Under the pieces are notes generated by a model. That model searched no databases and had not been told where the DNA came from. It worked only from the letters and a program-made list of their open reading frames with translations. A program made the position numbers and the translations under genes. DNA of 64,000 nt from Escherichia phage HY01, in sequence record NC_027349.1; one strand, 5' to 3'. Every line of letters begins with the position of its first letter. Positions within the stretch are counted from its first letter, which is position 1. Shown here in pieces: positions 20,219 to 37,980 of the stretch.

Positions 20219-20236
20219 GGGAGCCCATGGGCTCCC
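20219..20236 (+). terminator. hairpin GGGAGCCC-AT-GGGCTCCC followed by T-run, after gene 8
   Basis: perfect 8-bp GC stem plus TTTTT. Confidence 0.6.
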
Positions 20237-20244
20237 TTTTTCTT

Positions 20245-20252
20245 TATAAATA
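20245..20252 (+). promoter_or_regulatory. late promoter TATAAATA for gene 9
   Basis: exact match upstream of the ATG at 20277. Confidence 0.6.
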
Positions 20253-20276
20253 CTATAAACTCATAAGGAAACCGCT

Positions 20277-21143
20277 ATGTTCATTCAAGAACCAAAGAAA
20301 TTGATTGATACCGGCGAAATTGGTAACGCTTCTACTGGTGATATCTTATTCGACGGTGGTAATAAAATTAATAGTGATTTTAACGCAATTTATAATGCGT
20401 TTGGCGATCAGCGTAAAATGGCAGTAGCAAATGGCACTGGAGCAGATGGCCAAATTATTCATGCTACTGGATATTATCAAAAACACTCTATTGCAGAGTA
20501 CGCAACTCCAGTAAAAGTTGGCACTAGGCATGATATTGATACCTCTACTGTAGGTGTTAAAGTTATCATTGAAAGAGGCGAACTTGGTGACTGCGTTGAA
20601 TTTATTAACTCAAATGGATCTATATCAGTTACTAATCCTTTAACGATTCAAGCGATTGATTCAATAAAAGGTGTTTCAGGTAATTTAGTAGTAACTAGTC
20701 CATATAGTAAAGTAACTTTACGCTGTATTTCATCTGATAATTCTACGTCTGTTTGGAATTATTCTATTGAAAGTATGTTTGGACAAAAGGAATCACCAGC
20801 TGAAGGTACATGGAATATTTCTACATCCGGGTCAGTTGATATTCCACTATTTCATCGTACTGAATACAATATGGCTAAATTGCTAGTTACATGCCAATCG
20901 GTAGATGGAAGAAAAATTAAAACAGCAGAAATAAATATTCTTGTAGATACTGTTAATTCAGAGGTAATTTCTTCTGAATATGCTGTCATGCGGGTTGGAA
21001 ATGAAACCGAAGAAGACGAAATCGCTAATATTGCATTTAGTATTAAAACAAATTATGTAACAGCGACTGTAAGTTCTTCTATTGTTGGCATGAGAGCGGC
21101 AGTTAAAGTTATCGCTACGCAGAAAATCGGGGTGGCTCAATAA
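20277..21143 (+). CDS. 9: gp9 baseplate protein, long-tail-fibre socket (288 aa)
   Basis: length and synteny. Confidence 0.9.
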   Translation: MFIQEPKKLIDTGEIGNASTGDILFDGGNKINSDFNAIYNAFGDQRKMAVANGTGADGQIIHATGYYQKHSIAEYATPVKVGTRHDIDTSTVGVKVIIERGELGDCVEFINSNGSISVTNPLTIQAIDSIKGVSGNLVVTSPYSKVTLRCISSDNSTSVWNYSIESMFGQKESPAEGTWNISTSGSVDIPLFHRTEYNMAKLLVTCQSVDGRKIKTAEINILVDTVNSEVISSEYAVMRVGNETEEDEIANIAFSIKTNYVTATVSSSIVGMRAAVKVIATQKIGVAQ

Positions 21144-22948
21144 TGAAACAAAATATTAATATCGGTAATGTTGTAGATGATGGTACCGGTGACTACCTGC
21201 GTAAAGGTGGTATAAAAATAAATGAAAACTTTGATGAGCTTTATTATGAACTCGGTGATGGTGATGTTCCATATTCAGCCGGTGCCTGGAAAACTTATAA
21301 CGCTTCATCTGGGCAAACATTAACAGCAGAATGGGGAAAATCATACGCTATTAATACTTCGTCTGGGAGAGTAACACTACAACTTCCTAAAGGAACTGTT
21401 AATGATTATAATAAAGTAATTAGAGCCAGGGATGTATTTGCAACATGGAACATTAATCCAGTTACACTAGTAGCTGCTTCTGGCGATACAATTAAAGGGT
21501 CGTCATCATCGGTTGAAATTAATATTCAATTTAGTGATTTGGAGCTAGTTTATTGTGCTCCAGGACGTTGGGAATATGTCAAAAATAAGCAAATTGACAA
21601 AATTACCAGTTCAGACATTAGTAATGTAGCTCGTAAAGAATTTTTAGTTGAAGTTCAAGGACAAACTGACTTTTTAGATATTTTCCATGGAACTAGTTAT
21701 AATGTCAATAACATCAGAGTAAAACATCGTGGTAACGAATTGTATTACGGCGATGTATTTAGCGAAAACAGTGACTTTGGTTCTCCAGGGGAAAATGAAG
21801 GAGAATTAATTCCTCTCGATGGATTTAATATTAGGCTAAGACAGCCTTGTAATATTGGTGATACTGTTCAAATTGAAACATTTATGGATGGTGTATCACA
21901 ATGGAGAAGTTCATATACAAGACGCCAAATAAAAGTACTAGATTCAAAACTAACATCAAAGACTTCTTTAGAAGGAAGCATTTATGTTACTGATTTATCG
22001 GCGATGAAATCAATTCCATTTTCTGCATTTGGATTAATTCCTGGTGAACCCATTAATCCTAACTCTCTTGAGGTTCGTTTTAATGGAATTTTACAGCAGC
22101 AGGCTGGAACAGCTGGATATCCTCTGTTTTTGTGTGAAGGCGCTAGTTCAGATACACAAGAAGGATGTATATCTCTTGGTGGCGAATGGAAAGAATCAAA
22201 CACAGATTATTCTATAGAATATGAAGATGGAAAACCTACCAGTCTTTTATTTGATAGAAAATTTGAATCAGGTGACATTATCGTTATAACATGGTTCAAT
22301 AACGATTTAGGAACTCTTTTAGAAAAAGATGACATTATTGAATTGACTGATGACCGCTATGTTAGCAAAGGATCATCTACTGAAGTTACTGGTGATGTGG
22401 CCTTAACAGATTTCGATAAAATCGGTTGGCCAAATGTTGAAAAAGTTGATTCTTATACTAGAACGTATAATTCAATATCATCTATTTTCGATAGCATTTA
22501 TCCTGTAGGTTCAATTTATGAAAATGCTATAAATCCAAATAATCCGGTGACTTATATGGGATTTGGTTCATGGAAATTATTTGGTAAAGGACAAGTTTTA
22601 GTAGGATGGAATGATGATGTTACGGATCCAAACTTTGCTTTAAACAATAATGATTTAGATTCTAGTGGAAATCCTTCACATACTGCCGGTGGAACGGTTG
22701 GAACAACATCAGTAACGCTTGAAAACGCAAATCTTCCTGCAACTAAAACCGACGAAAGAGTTTTAATTGAAGACGAAAATGGATCGGTTATTATTGGAGG
22801 TTGCCAATATGACCCAGATGAAACTGGTCCTATATATACAAAATACCGTGAAGATTACGCAACAACAAACTCTTCACATACTCCTCCTGCTAATATTAGT
22901 AATATTCAACCGTCTATTACTGTATACCGTTGGATAAGGATTGCATAA
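21143..22948 (+). CDS. 10: gp10 baseplate wedge / short-tail-fibre attachment (601 aa)
   Basis: length and synteny. Confidence 0.9.
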   Translation: MKQNINIGNVVDDGTGDYLRKGGIKINENFDELYYELGDGDVPYSAGAWKTYNASSGQTLTAEWGKSYAINTSSGRVTLQLPKGTVNDYNKVIRARDVFATWNINPVTLVAASGDTIKGSSSSVEINIQFSDLELVYCAPGRWEYVKNKQIDKITSSDISNVARKEFLVEVQGQTDFLDIFHGTSYNVNNIRVKHRGNELYYGDVFSENSDFGSPGENEGELIPLDGFNIRLRQPCNIGDTVQIETFMDGVSQWRSSYTRRQIKVLDSKLTSKTSLEGSIYVTDLSAMKSIPFSAFGLIPGEPINPNSLEVRFNGILQQQAGTAGYPLFLCEGASSDTQEGCISLGGEWKESNTDYSIEYEDGKPTSLLFDRKFESGDIIVITWFNNDLGTLLEKDDIIELTDDRYVSKGSSTEVTGDVALTDFDKIGWPNVEKVDSYTRTYNSISSIFDSIYPVGSIYENAINPNNPVTYMGFGSWKLFGKGQVLVGWNDDVTDPNFALNNNDLDSSGNPSHTAGGTVGTTSVTLENANLPATKTDERVLIEDENGSVIIGGCQYDPDETGPIYTKYREDYATTNSSHTPPANISNIQPSITVYRWIRIA

Positions 22949-23607
22949 TGAGTTTACTTAATAATAAAGCGGGAGTTATTTCCCGCTTAGCAGATTTTCT
23001 TGGTTTTAGAACTAAGAAAAATGATATTTCGGTTATGAATAATCAGCCAGTAGGCGCTGTAACAATTTCACAAATAGCAAAGGGTTTTTATGACCCAAAT
23101 GTAGAATCTGCTATCAATGATGTTAGAAATATGGCAGAGCAACAAGTTGGAGCTGTATTAGTTAATATAAGCGGCGTATCTCCTACTGGCGTGCAGCAAA
23201 CAGACTATTGGTCATTTGACGGAACTGTTACTGATACTTCAGCTAAACCGGGTGACCCAGTTATTGTTAACATGTTTGGCATTCCTGTTAAAGCTACTAA
23301 CGGAATGACTTCAATCGAATTTACCAGTGCCGTTAGAACAGCTCTACAGGAAATGGTTGCAAAATTTATTGCAATTGATTCATTTGAAGACCATCCTACC
23401 ATAGGAAATAAAATACAAGTTAAGTATTTAGATAACCAAGAACATATCTTAGAACAATACTCTGATAAAGGAATTACTTTCAAACAGGAAATAATTTCTC
23501 CTTCTAAACCTGGATACGGAACTTGGCAATTATTAGGTGCGCAAACTGTCACGCTAGATAGTCACACACAACCTACAGTATTTTATTATTTTGAGAGAAT
23601 AGCATGA
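22948..23607 (+). CDS. 11: gp11 baseplate wedge / short-tail-fibre connector (219 aa from ATG at 22948)
   Basis: [21 protein letters not shown]-terminus recalled from T4 gp11; track ORF starts upstream at 22930. Confidence 0.9.
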   Translation: MSLLNNKAGVISRLADFLGFRTKKNDISVMNNQPVGAVTISQIAKGFYDPNVESAINDVRNMAEQQVGAVLVNISGVSPTGVQQTDYWSFDGTVTDTSAKPGDPVIVNMFGIPVKATNGMTSIEFTSAVRTALQEMVAKFIAIDSFEDHPTIGNKIQVKYLDNQEHILEQYSDKGITFKQEIISPSKPGYGTWQLLGAQTVTLDSHTQPTVFYYFERIA

Positions 23608-25154
23608 GTAACAATACATATCAGCACGTATCAAATGAATCAAAATATGTTAAATTCGATCCTACTGGATCGAATTTTCCTGACACTGTCACGACAGTGC
23701 AGTCTGCATTATCAAAAATAAGTAATATCGGCGTAAATGGTATTCCTGATGCAACTATGGAAGTTAAAGGAATAGCAATGATTGCGTCAGAGCAAGAGGT
23801 TTTAGATGGAACTAATAATTCTAAAATCGTTACACCAGCTACATTAGCAACAAGATTATTGTATCCAAATGCTACTGAAACTAAGTATGGTTTAACGCGC
23901 TATTCAACAAATGAAGAAACATTAGAAGGCTCAGATAATAATTCATCAATAACGCCGCAAAAACTGAAATACCATACTGACGATGTGTTCCAAAATAGAT
24001 ATTCGTCTGAGTCATCAAACGGGGTTATTAAAATATCATCTACACCTGCAGCTTTAGCTGGAGTTGATGATACTACGGCAATGACTCCATTAAAAACGCA
24101 AAAACTTGCAATAAAATTAATTTCACAAATAGCTCCTTCCGAAGATACTGCATCAGAATCTGTGAGAGGTGTAGTTCAATTATCTACTGTTGCGCAAACT
24201 CGTCAAGGAACTCTCCGCGAAGGATATGCAATTTCTCCGTATACCTTTATGAATTCTGTTGCAACACAAGAATATAAGGGTGTTATACGTTTAGGAACAC
24301 AATCGGAAATTAACAGTAATTTGGGAGATGTTGCAGTAACGGGTGAAACACTAAATGGTCGAGGAGCTACTGGTTCTATGCGTGGAGTAGTTAAATTAAC
24401 GACGCAAGCCGGTATTGCCCCTGAAGGTGATAGCTCTGGTGCATTAGCATGGAACGCAGATGTAATTAATACTCGTGGTGGACAAACTATTAATGGTTCT
24501 TTAAATTTAGACCATCTTACAGCAAACGGAATTTGGTCGCGCGGCGGAATGTGGAAAAATGGCGATCAACCTGTTGCCACTGAAAGATATGCGTCCGAAA
24601 GGGTTCCAGTCGGAACTATTATGATGTTTGCGGGAGATTCGGCACCTCCGGGTTGGATTATGTGCCACGGTGGAACAGTGTCAGGAGATCAATATCCTGA
24701 TTATAGAAACACAGTTGGAACAAGATTTGGTGGTGATTGGAATAACCCTGGCATTCCTGATATGCGAGGTCTTTTCGTCAGAGGAGCTGGCACGGGAGGT
24801 CATATTTTAAATCAACGAGGACAAGATGGCTATGGGAAGGATAGACTTGGTGTAGGATGTGACGGAATGCATGTTGGTGGTGTTCAGGCACAACAAATGT
24901 CATACCATAAACATGCTGGTGGTTGGGGAGAATACCAAAGACATGAAGCTCCATTTGGCGCGTCCGTTTATCAAGGATATCTTGGAACTAGAAAATATGC
25001 CGACTGGGATAATGCTTCATACTTCACTAATGATGGATTTGAATTGGGTGGACCGAGAGATGCCCTTGGTACACTTAATCGTGAAGGATTAATTGGTTAT
25101 GAAACTAGACCATGGAATATATCATTAAACTATATTATTAAAATTCATTACTAA
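23604..25154 (+). CDS. 12: gp12 short tail fibre (516 aa)
   Basis: synteny; C-terminus ...[17 protein letters not shown] as recalled for T4 gp12. Confidence 0.9.
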   Translation: MSNNTYQHVSNESKYVKFDPTGSNFPDTVTTVQSALSKISNIGVNGIPDATMEVKGIAMIASEQEVLDGTNNSKIVTPATLATRLLYPNATETKYGLTRYSTNEETLEGSDNNSSITPQKLKYHTDDVFQNRYSSESSNGVIKISSTPAALAGVDDTTAMTPLKTQKLAIKLISQIAPSEDTASESVRGVVQLSTVAQTRQGTLREGYAISPYTFMNSVATQEYKGVIRLGTQSEINSNLGDVAVTGETLNGRGATGSMRGVVKLTTQAGIAPEGDSSGALAWNADVINTRGGQTINGSLNLDHLTANGIWSRGGMWKNGDQPVATERYASERVPVGTIMMFAGDSAPPGWIMCHGGTVSGDQYPDYRNTVGTRFGGDWNNPGIPDMRGLFVRGAGTGGHILNQRGQDGYGKDRLGVGCDGMHVGGVQAQQMSYHKHAGGWGEYQRHEAPFGASVYQGYLGTRKYADWDNASYFTNDGFELGGPRDALGTLNREGLIGYETRPWNISLNYIIKIHY

Positions 25155-25163
25155 GGATTACAA

Positions 25164-26621
25164 ATGATTGAATTAAAAGAGTTACCTTTTGTTGATAGCG
25201 TTCCTGGCGAAGGTCAGGAACGTATTTCATGGATTAAAAATGGTGAAGAAATATTAGGAGCTAGTACTAAGTATGGAAACGATGGGTCAATGAATAGACC
25301 AACTGTTTCCGTGTTTAAAAATGTCGAGGTTCTCGACGAAAATGTAGGAATTCTTAAAACTGCCATTGAAACGTCTCAGGAAGATATTAAAACCATTCAA
25401 GGCATTTTAGATGTATCAGGAGATATAGAAGCGCTATCACAGATCAGCATTAATAAAAATGATATATCAAATTTAAAGACACTCACGAATGAACACACTG
25501 ATATATTAAATGGTACAAATACCACGGTTGACAATATTCTTTCTGATATTGGTCCATTTAATTCGCAAGCAAATTCAGTTTATAGAACGATTAGAAATGA
25601 TTTGTTATGGATTAAAAGGGAATTAGGACAATATGCTGGACAAGACATTAATGGTCTTCCTGTTGTAGGAAATAGCAGCACGGGGATGAAGCACCGTATC
25701 ATTAATAATACAGATGCTATAACTTCCCAAGGAATACGTCTAAGCGATTTGGAAGAAAAATTTATTGAATCTGATGTAGGTTCACTGACAATTGAAGTCG
25801 GAAATCTTAGACAAGAACTTGGACAAAGACCATCTTCATTCAGTGAAAGCATATATTCACGTGTTCATAATTTAGATCAATCGCAGATTAATCTTAGTTC
25901 CGAAATTAAATCTATCAAAACTTCTATTGGATATCCAGGAAATACTTCAATAATCACAGATGTTAACACTAATACACGAGAAATTTCAGCTTTAAATGAT
26001 GAACTAAATAAAAGCGGAGGTATTAAACAACGATTGACTGTCATTGAAACATCAATTGGCTCAGATGATATTCCTTCTAGTATTAAAGGTCAAATTAAAG
26101 ATAATACCACATCAATTGAGTTTTTAAATGGAATTGTTGGTGAAAACACTTCATCTGGACTACGAGCAAACGTTTCATGGCTAAACCAAATCGTTGGAAC
26201 TGATTCTAGTGGAGGTCAGCCTTCTCCTCCTGGGTCTCTTTTAAATAGAGTTTCAACAGTTGAAACTTCAGTTAATAGACTGAACAATGATGTTCAAAAC
26301 TTACAAGTTGAAATTGGTAATAACACTACTGGAATTAAAGGCCAAGTTGTTGCATTAAATAAACTAGTAAGCGGCACAAATCCAAATGGTTCAACAGTAG
26401 AAGAACGCGGATTAACTAATTCAATAAAAGCTAATGAAACTAACATTTCTTCTATTAATCAAGAAATGCGTAGTATTAAAAGTAATGTATCTTCATTACA
26501 GGGGGATGTTCAGACTTTACAGGAAGCAGGTTATATTCCTGAAGCTCCAAAAGATGGTCAAGCTTACGTTCGTAAAGACGGCGAATGGGTATTACTTTCT
26601 ACCTTTTTATCACCAGCATAA
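25164..26621 (+). CDS. wac: fibritin (wac; 485 aa) with C-terminal foldon
   Basis: C-terminal [27 protein letters not shown] foldon; coiled-coil repeats. Confidence 0.95.
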   Translation: MIELKELPFVDSVPGEGQERISWIKNGEEILGASTKYGNDGSMNRPTVSVFKNVEVLDENVGILKTAIETSQEDIKTIQGILDVSGDIEALSQISINKNDISNLKTLTNEHTDILNGTNTTVDNILSDIGPFNSQANSVYRTIRNDLLWIKRELGQYAGQDINGLPVVGNSSTGMKHRIINNTDAITSQGIRLSDLEEKFIESDVGSLTIEVGNLRQELGQRPSSFSESIYSRVHNLDQSQINLSSEIKSIKTSIGYPGNTSIITDVNTNTREISALNDELNKSGGIKQRLTVIETSIGSDDIPSSIKGQIKDNTTSIEFLNGIVGENTSSGLRANVSWLNQIVGTDSSGGQPSPPGSLLNRVSTVETSVNRLNNDVQNLQVEIGNNTTGIKGQVVALNKLVSGTNPNGSTVEERGLTNSIKANETNISSINQEMRSIKSNVSSLQGDVQTLQEAGYIPEAPKDGQAYVRKDGEWVLLSTFLSPA

Positions 26622-26624
26622 CAT

Positions 26625-26640
26625 GGGGCCGCAAGGCCCC
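26625..26640 (+). terminator. hairpin GGGGCC-GCAA-GGCCCC after wac
   Basis: perfect 6-bp GC stem with tetraloop; weak U-tract, may act as an RNA-stability element. Confidence 0.4.
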
Positions 26641-26653
26641 AAAGGATTTTTAA

Positions 26654-28355
<1,702 letters not shown>

Positions 28356-28396
28356 TAAATATTATAAACTAATTAAAGCCCAGATTAGGAGAAATC

Positions 28397-31537
<3,141 letters not shown>

Positions 31538-31565
31538 TATTAAAGCATATTAAAGAGGATTAAAA

Positions 31566-33545
31566 ATGACTTTATTATCTCCGGGCATTGAGCTCAAAGA
31601 AACTACGGTTCAAAGCACCGTGGTTAATAACTCTACTGGTACAGCAGCTTTGGCCGGTAAATTCCAGTGGGGTCCTGCTTTTCAGATTAAACAGGTTACA
31701 AATGAAGTAGATTTAGTTAATACTTTTGGTCAACCTACAGCTGAAACTGCTGATTATTTTATGTCTGCAATGAATTTCTTACAATATGGAAATGATTTGC
31801 GAGTTGTGCGCGCTGTCGATAGAGATACCGCTAAAAACTCATCTCCGATTGCTGGTAATATTGAATACACTATTTCTACCCCAGGTAGTAACTACGCGGT
31901 TGGAGATAAAATCACGGTTAAGTATGTTTCAGAAGATGTTGAAACAGAATGTAAAGTTACCGAAGTAGATGCTGATGGAAAAATTAAGAAAATTAATATT
32001 CCTACCGCAAAAATTATCGCTAAAGCGAAAGAAGTAGGCGAATATCCAGCATTAGGTTCTAACTGGACCGCGGAAATTTCTTCGTCTTCCTCTGGTTTAG
32101 CTGCAGTAATAACTCTTGGAAAAATTATTACTGATTCTGGTATTTTATTAGCTGAAATTGAAAATGCTGAAGCTGCTATGACAGCTGTTGACTTTCAAGC
32201 AAATCTCGAAAAATATGGAATTCCAGGAGTAGTAGCTCTTTATCCAGGCGAGTTGGGCGATAAAATCGAAATTGAAATCGTATCTAAAGCTGACTACGCA
32301 AAAGGTGCTTCTGCATTACTTCCAATTTATCCAGGTGGCGGAACACGCGCATCTACTGCCAAAGCAGTGTTTGGATATGGACCACAAACTGATTCACAAT
32401 ACGCTATTATAGTTCGTCGCAACGATGCTATTGTTCAAAGCGTTGTTCTTTCAACGAAGCGAGGTGAAAAAGATATTTACGATAGTAACATCTATATTGA
32501 CGACTTTTTCGCAAAAGGTGGTTCAGAATATATTTTCGCAACTGCACAAAACTGGCCAGAAGGCTTCTCTGGAATTTTAACTCTGTCTGGTGGATTATCA
32601 TCAAATGCTGAAGTAACAGCAGGAGATTTGATGGAAGCTTGGGACTTCTTTGCTGACCGTGAATCTGTTGATGTTCAGTTGTTTATTGCGGGTTCTTGTG
32701 CCGGTGAATCTTTAGAAACAGCATCTACTGTCCAAAAACACGTCGTTTCAATTGGGGATGCTCGCCAAGATTGCTTAGTACTGTGCTCACCGCCGCGCGA
32801 AACTGTAGTTGGAATTCCTGTAACTCGTGCTGTTGATAACTTAGTCAATTGGAGAACCGCAGCAGGTTCATACACTGATAATAACTTTAATATCAGTTCA
32901 ACCTACGCAGCAATTGATGGTAACTACAAGTATCAGTATGACAAATATAATGATGTAAATCGTTGGGTTCCATTAGCAGCTGATATTGCTGGTTTATGCG
33001 CGAGAACCGATAACGTTTCTCAGACTTGGATGTCTCCAGCTGGTTATAATCGCGGCCAGATTTTGAACGTTATTAAACTTGCTATTGAAACTCGCCAGGC
33101 GCAGCGCGACCGTTTATATCAAGAAGCTATCAACCCAGTAACTGGTACAGGTGGTGATGGTTACGTACTGTATGGTGATAAAACAGCTACTTCTGTTCCT
33201 TCTCCATTTGATCGTATTAACGTTCGTCGTCTGTTTAATATGTTGAAAACGAATATCGGACGTAGTTCAAAATATCGTTTATTTGAATTAAACAACGCGT
33301 TTACTCGTTCATCGTTCCGCACAGAAACATCCCAGTACTTACAGGGAATTAAAGCTCTCGGTGGAATTTATGAATATCGTGTAGTTTGCGATACAACAAA
33401 TAACACTCCGTCAGTAATTGATAGAAATGAGTTTGTTGCAACATTCTACATCCAACCGGCGCGCAGTATAAATTATATTACTTTGAATTTCGTCGCAACT
33501 GCTACTGGTGCAGATTTCGATGAGTTAACTGGTCTTGCAGGTTAA
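31566..33545 (+). CDS. 18: gp18 tail sheath protein (659 aa)
   Basis: length and synteny. Confidence 0.95.
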   Translation: MTLLSPGIELKETTVQSTVVNNSTGTAALAGKFQWGPAFQIKQVTNEVDLVNTFGQPTAETADYFMSAMNFLQYGNDLRVVRAVDRDTAKNSSPIAGNIEYTISTPGSNYAVGDKITVKYVSEDVETECKVTEVDADGKIKKINIPTAKIIAKAKEVGEYPALGSNWTAEISSSSSGLAAVITLGKIITDSGILLAEIENAEAAMTAVDFQANLEKYGIPGVVALYPGELGDKIEIEIVSKADYAKGASALLPIYPGGGTRASTAKAVFGYGPQTDSQYAIIVRRNDAIVQSVVLSTKRGEKDIYDSNIYIDDFFAKGGSEYIFATAQNWPEGFSGILTLSGGLSSNAEVTAGDLMEAWDFFADRESVDVQLFIAGSCAGESLETASTVQKHVVSIGDARQDCLVLCSPPRETVVGIPVTRAVDNLVNWRTAAGSYTDNNFNISSTYAAIDGNYKYQYDKYNDVNRWVPLAADIAGLCARTDNVSQTWMSPAGYNRGQILNVIKLAIETRQAQRDRLYQEAINPVTGTGGDGYVLYGDKTATSVPSPFDRINVRRLFNMLKTNIGRSSKYRLFELNNAFTRSSFRTETSQYLQGIKALGGIYEYRVVCDTTNNTPSVIDRNEFVATFYIQPARSINYITLNFVATATGADFDELTGLAG

Positions 33546-33561
33546 TACGGTGCATTCTAAA

Positions 33562-33579
33562 GGCCTGTTTCGGCAGGCC
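33562..33579 (+). terminator. hairpin GGCCTG-TTTCGG-CAGGCC after gene 18
   Basis: inverted repeat immediately before the late promoter. Confidence 0.45.
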
Positions 33580-33639
33580 ATATAAATACACTATATCCTT
33601 AATTCTTTAATTCTATATGCCCTAGGTTAAACATAGGGA

Positions 33640-33647
33640 TATAAATA
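33640..33647 (+). promoter_or_regulatory. late promoter TATAAATA for gene 19 (second copy at 33581-33588)
   Basis: two exact TATAAATA octamers upstream of the ATG at 33662. Confidence 0.6.
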
Positions 33648-33661
33648 CTACAGAGGCTAAT

Positions 33662-34153
33662 ATGTTTGTAGATGATGTAACACGAGCGTTTGAATCCGGT
33701 GATTTTGCTCGACCTAACTTATTCCAAGTAGAAATTTCTTATCTTGGACAAAATTTTACGTTTCAATGTAAAGCCACTGCTTTACCAGCTGGTATTGTAG
33801 AAAAAATTCCAGTCGGATTCATGAACCGTAAAATTAACGTAGCAGGCGATCGTACATTCGATGACTGGACTGTTACAGTAATGAACGATGAGGCACATGA
33901 TGCTCGCCAGAAGTTTGTTGATTGGCAAAGCATTGCTGCTGGGCAAGGAAACGAAATTACTGGTGGAAAACCAGCAGAGTATAAAAAGAGCGCTATTGTA
34001 CGCCAATATGCTCGTGACGCTAAAACTGTAACAAAAGAAGTCGAAATTAAAGGCCTGTGGCCTACTAACGTGGGTGAACTTCAATTAGATTGGGATTCAA
34101 ACAATGAAATCCAAACCTTTGAAGTAACTCTTGCTCTCGATTATTGGGAATAA
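33662..34153 (+). CDS. 19: gp19 tail tube protein (163 aa)
   Basis: length and synteny. Confidence 0.95.
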   Translation: MFVDDVTRAFESGDFARPNLFQVEISYLGQNFTFQCKATALPAGIVEKIPVGFMNRKINVAGDRTFDDWTVTVMNDEAHDARQKFVDWQSIAAGQGNEITGGKPAEYKKSAIVRQYARDAKTVTKEVEIKGLWPTNVGELQLDWDSNNEIQTFEVTLALDYWE

Positions 34154-34159
34154 AATGAA

Positions 34160-34175
34160 TGGGGAGAAATCCCCA
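34160..34175 (+). terminator. hairpin TGGGGA-GAAA-TCCCCA after gene 19
   Basis: 6-bp stem with GAAA loop. Confidence 0.45.
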
Positions 34176-34185
34176 TCCTGCTTAA

Positions 34186-35810
<1,625 letters not shown>

Positions 35811-35811
<1 letters not shown>

Positions 35812-36059
35812 TGGAAGGTTTAATTGAAGCTATTAAATCAAACGACCTCGTAGCCGCTCGTAAATTATTTGCTGAAGCCATGGCTGCAAGAACGATTGAT
35901 TTAATTAAAGAAGAAAAAATCGCTATCGCTCGTAATTTCTTAATTGAAGGTGAAGAACCTGAAGACGAGGATGAAGATGATGACGAAGATGGTGATGATA
36001 AAGACGACAAAAAAGACAAAGACTCTGACGAAGATGACGAAGACGAGGATGATGAATAA
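35811..36059 (+). CDS. 67: gp67 prohead core protein (82 aa, acidic D/E-rich C-terminus)
   Basis: size, composition and position. Confidence 0.85.
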
Positions 36060-36484
36060 TGCTTCTGATCCCTGAAACTCATGAATTAGTTCTCGAGAAT
36101 GTCGAAGCACTTATTCCTGAAGCACAGGGTCGCTTTGACGAATTGTCTTCTGCTTTAAATAAAGACGATATAAATACAATTGTCGAGAATATGCTTGATG
36201 ATGAAACTGATTTAGCAGTTGCATTAGCTTCTATTAATGAAAATATGCCGTTAAATGAATTCATCGTTAAACATGTTTCTGCCCGTGGTGAAATTACTCG
36301 CACTAAAGATCGCAAAACCCGCGAACGAAATGCATTTCAAACCACCGGGCTGTCTAAAGCAAAACGTAGACAAATTGCTCGCAAAGCTACCAAAACGAAG
36401 ATTGCCAATCCAGCAGGTCAATCTCGTGCTCAGCGTAAGCGTAAAAAAGCTCTTAAACGCCGTAAAGCATTAGGATTAAGCTAA
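36059..36484 (+). CDS. 68: gp68 prohead core protein (141 aa)
   Basis: size and position. Confidence 0.85.
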
Positions 36485-37122
36485 TGAATGAACCCCAATT
36501 ACTAATTGAAACTTGGGGTCAACCTGGCGAAATTATTGATGGTGTGCCAATGCTTGAATCCCACGATGGAAAAGACTTAGGTTTAAAACCGGGTTTATAC
36601 ATCGAAGGAATATTCATGCAAGCAGAAGTCGTCAATAGAAATAAACGTCTTTATCCAAAACGCATATTAGAAAAAGCGGTAAAAGACTATATTAATGAGC
36701 AAGTTTTAACTAAACAAGCTCTCGGAGAATTAAATCATCCTCCACGCGCTAATGTTGACCCGATGCAAGCCGCTATCATTATAGAAGATATGTGGTGGAA
36801 AGGAAATGACGTATACGGACGAGCTCGTGTTATTGAAGGTGACCATGGTCCTGGAGATAAATTAGCAGCTAATATTCGTGCCGGATGGATTCCAGGAGTT
36901 TCTTCTCGTGGATTAGGTTCATTGACTGACACAAATAAAGGTTATCGTATCGTAAACGAAGGATTCAAATTAACTGTAGGTGTTGATGCAGTATGGGGTC
37001 CAAGTGCTCCAGATGCATGGGTAACTCCTAAGGAAATTACCGAATCACAGACGGCGGAAGCCGATACAAGTGCCGATGACGCCTATATGGCTCTCGCAGA
37101 GGCCATGAAAAAAGCGTTATAA
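36484..37122 (+). CDS. 21: gp21 prohead core protease (212 aa)
   Basis: length and synteny. Confidence 0.9.
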   Translation: MNEPQLLIETWGQPGEIIDGVPMLESHDGKDLGLKPGLYIEGIFMQAEVVNRNKRLYPKRILEKAVKDYINEQVLTKQALGELNHPPRANVDPMQAAIIIEDMWWKGNDVYGRARVIEGDHGPGDKLAANIRAGWIPGVSSRGLGSLTDTNKGYRIVNEGFKLTVGVDAVWGPSAPDAWVTPKEITESQTAEADTSADDAYMALAEAMKKAL

Positions 37123-37125
37123 ATA
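37118..37125 (+). promoter_or_regulatory. late promoter TATAAATA for gene 22
   Basis: exact match upstream of the ATG at 37153. Confidence 0.6.
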
Positions 37126-37152
37126 TTATTATCTAAACAACAGGACTACAAA

Positions 37153-37962
37153 ATGCTTAAAGAACAACTGATTGCCGAAGCGCAGAAAATTGATGCTTCC
37201 GTTGCTCTTGATAGTATTTTCGAATCAGTTAATATTTCTCCGGAAGCAAAAGAAACTTTCGGCACTGTATTCGAAGCTACCGTCAAGCAGCACGCCGTTA
37301 AATTAGCTGAATCTCATATCGCTAAAATTGCTGAAAAAGCAGAAGAAGAAGTAGAAAAAAATAAAGAAGAAGCCGAAGAAAAAGCTGAGAAGAAAATCGC
37401 TGAGCAAGCTTCTAAATTCATCGACCATCTTGCGAAAGAATGGCTCGCTGAAAATAAATTAGCAGTTGATAAAGGCATCAAAGCCGAACTGTTTGAATCC
37501 ATGCTTGGTGGATTAAAAGAGCTCTTTGTTGAACACAACGTTGTTGTTCCAGAAGAATCAGTTGATGTTGTAGCTGAAATGGAAGAAGAGCTGCAAGAAC
37601 ATAAAGAAGAATCAGCTCGTCTGTTCGAAGAACTCAATAAGCGTGACGCATATATCAATTATGTGCAGCGTGAAGTGGCATTGAGCGAAAGTACTAAAGA
37701 TCTGACTGAGTCTCAAAAAGAAAAAGTCTCTGCTCTGGTCGAAGGTATGGATTATTCAGATGAATTCTCAAGTAAATTGAGTGCCATCGTAGAAATGGTG
37801 AAGAAGTCTAATAAAGATGAAAGCACTATTACTGAGGGTATAAATACTCCTGATACTGAAGCAGCCGGACTGAATTTCGTCACTGAAGCTGTAGAAGATA
37901 AAGCTGCACCTGGTGCAGAAGATATTGTAAGTGTATATGCGAAAGTCGCATCTCGTTTCTAA
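37153..37962 (+). CDS. 22: gp22 prohead scaffold core protein (269 aa)
   Basis: length, acidic coiled-coil composition, synteny. Confidence 0.9.
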   Translation: MLKEQLIAEAQKIDASVALDSIFESVNISPEAKETFGTVFEATVKQHAVKLAESHIAKIAEKAEEEVEKNKEEAEEKAEKKIAEQASKFIDHLAKEWLAENKLAVDKGIKAELFESMLGGLKELFVEHNVVVPEESVDVVAEMEEELQEHKEESARLFEELNKRDAYINYVQREVALSESTKDLTESQKEKVSALVEGMDYSDEFSSKLSAIVEMVKKSNKDESTITEGINTPDTEAAGLNFVTEAVEDKAAPGAEDIVSVYAKVASRF

Positions 37963-37980
37963 TTTTAAAGGTTAACACAA

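Noticed and set aside
23604-25154. gp12 at 516 aa versus the recalled 527 aa of T4 as a host-range determinant change
   Set aside because: The reference length is from memory and the C-terminus matches T4; ordinary strain variation cannot be excluded without an alignment.
37314-37658. 114-aa Ser-rich minus-strand ORF
   Set aside because: Antisense of the Glu/Lys-rich scaffold gene 22; a low-complexity artefact.
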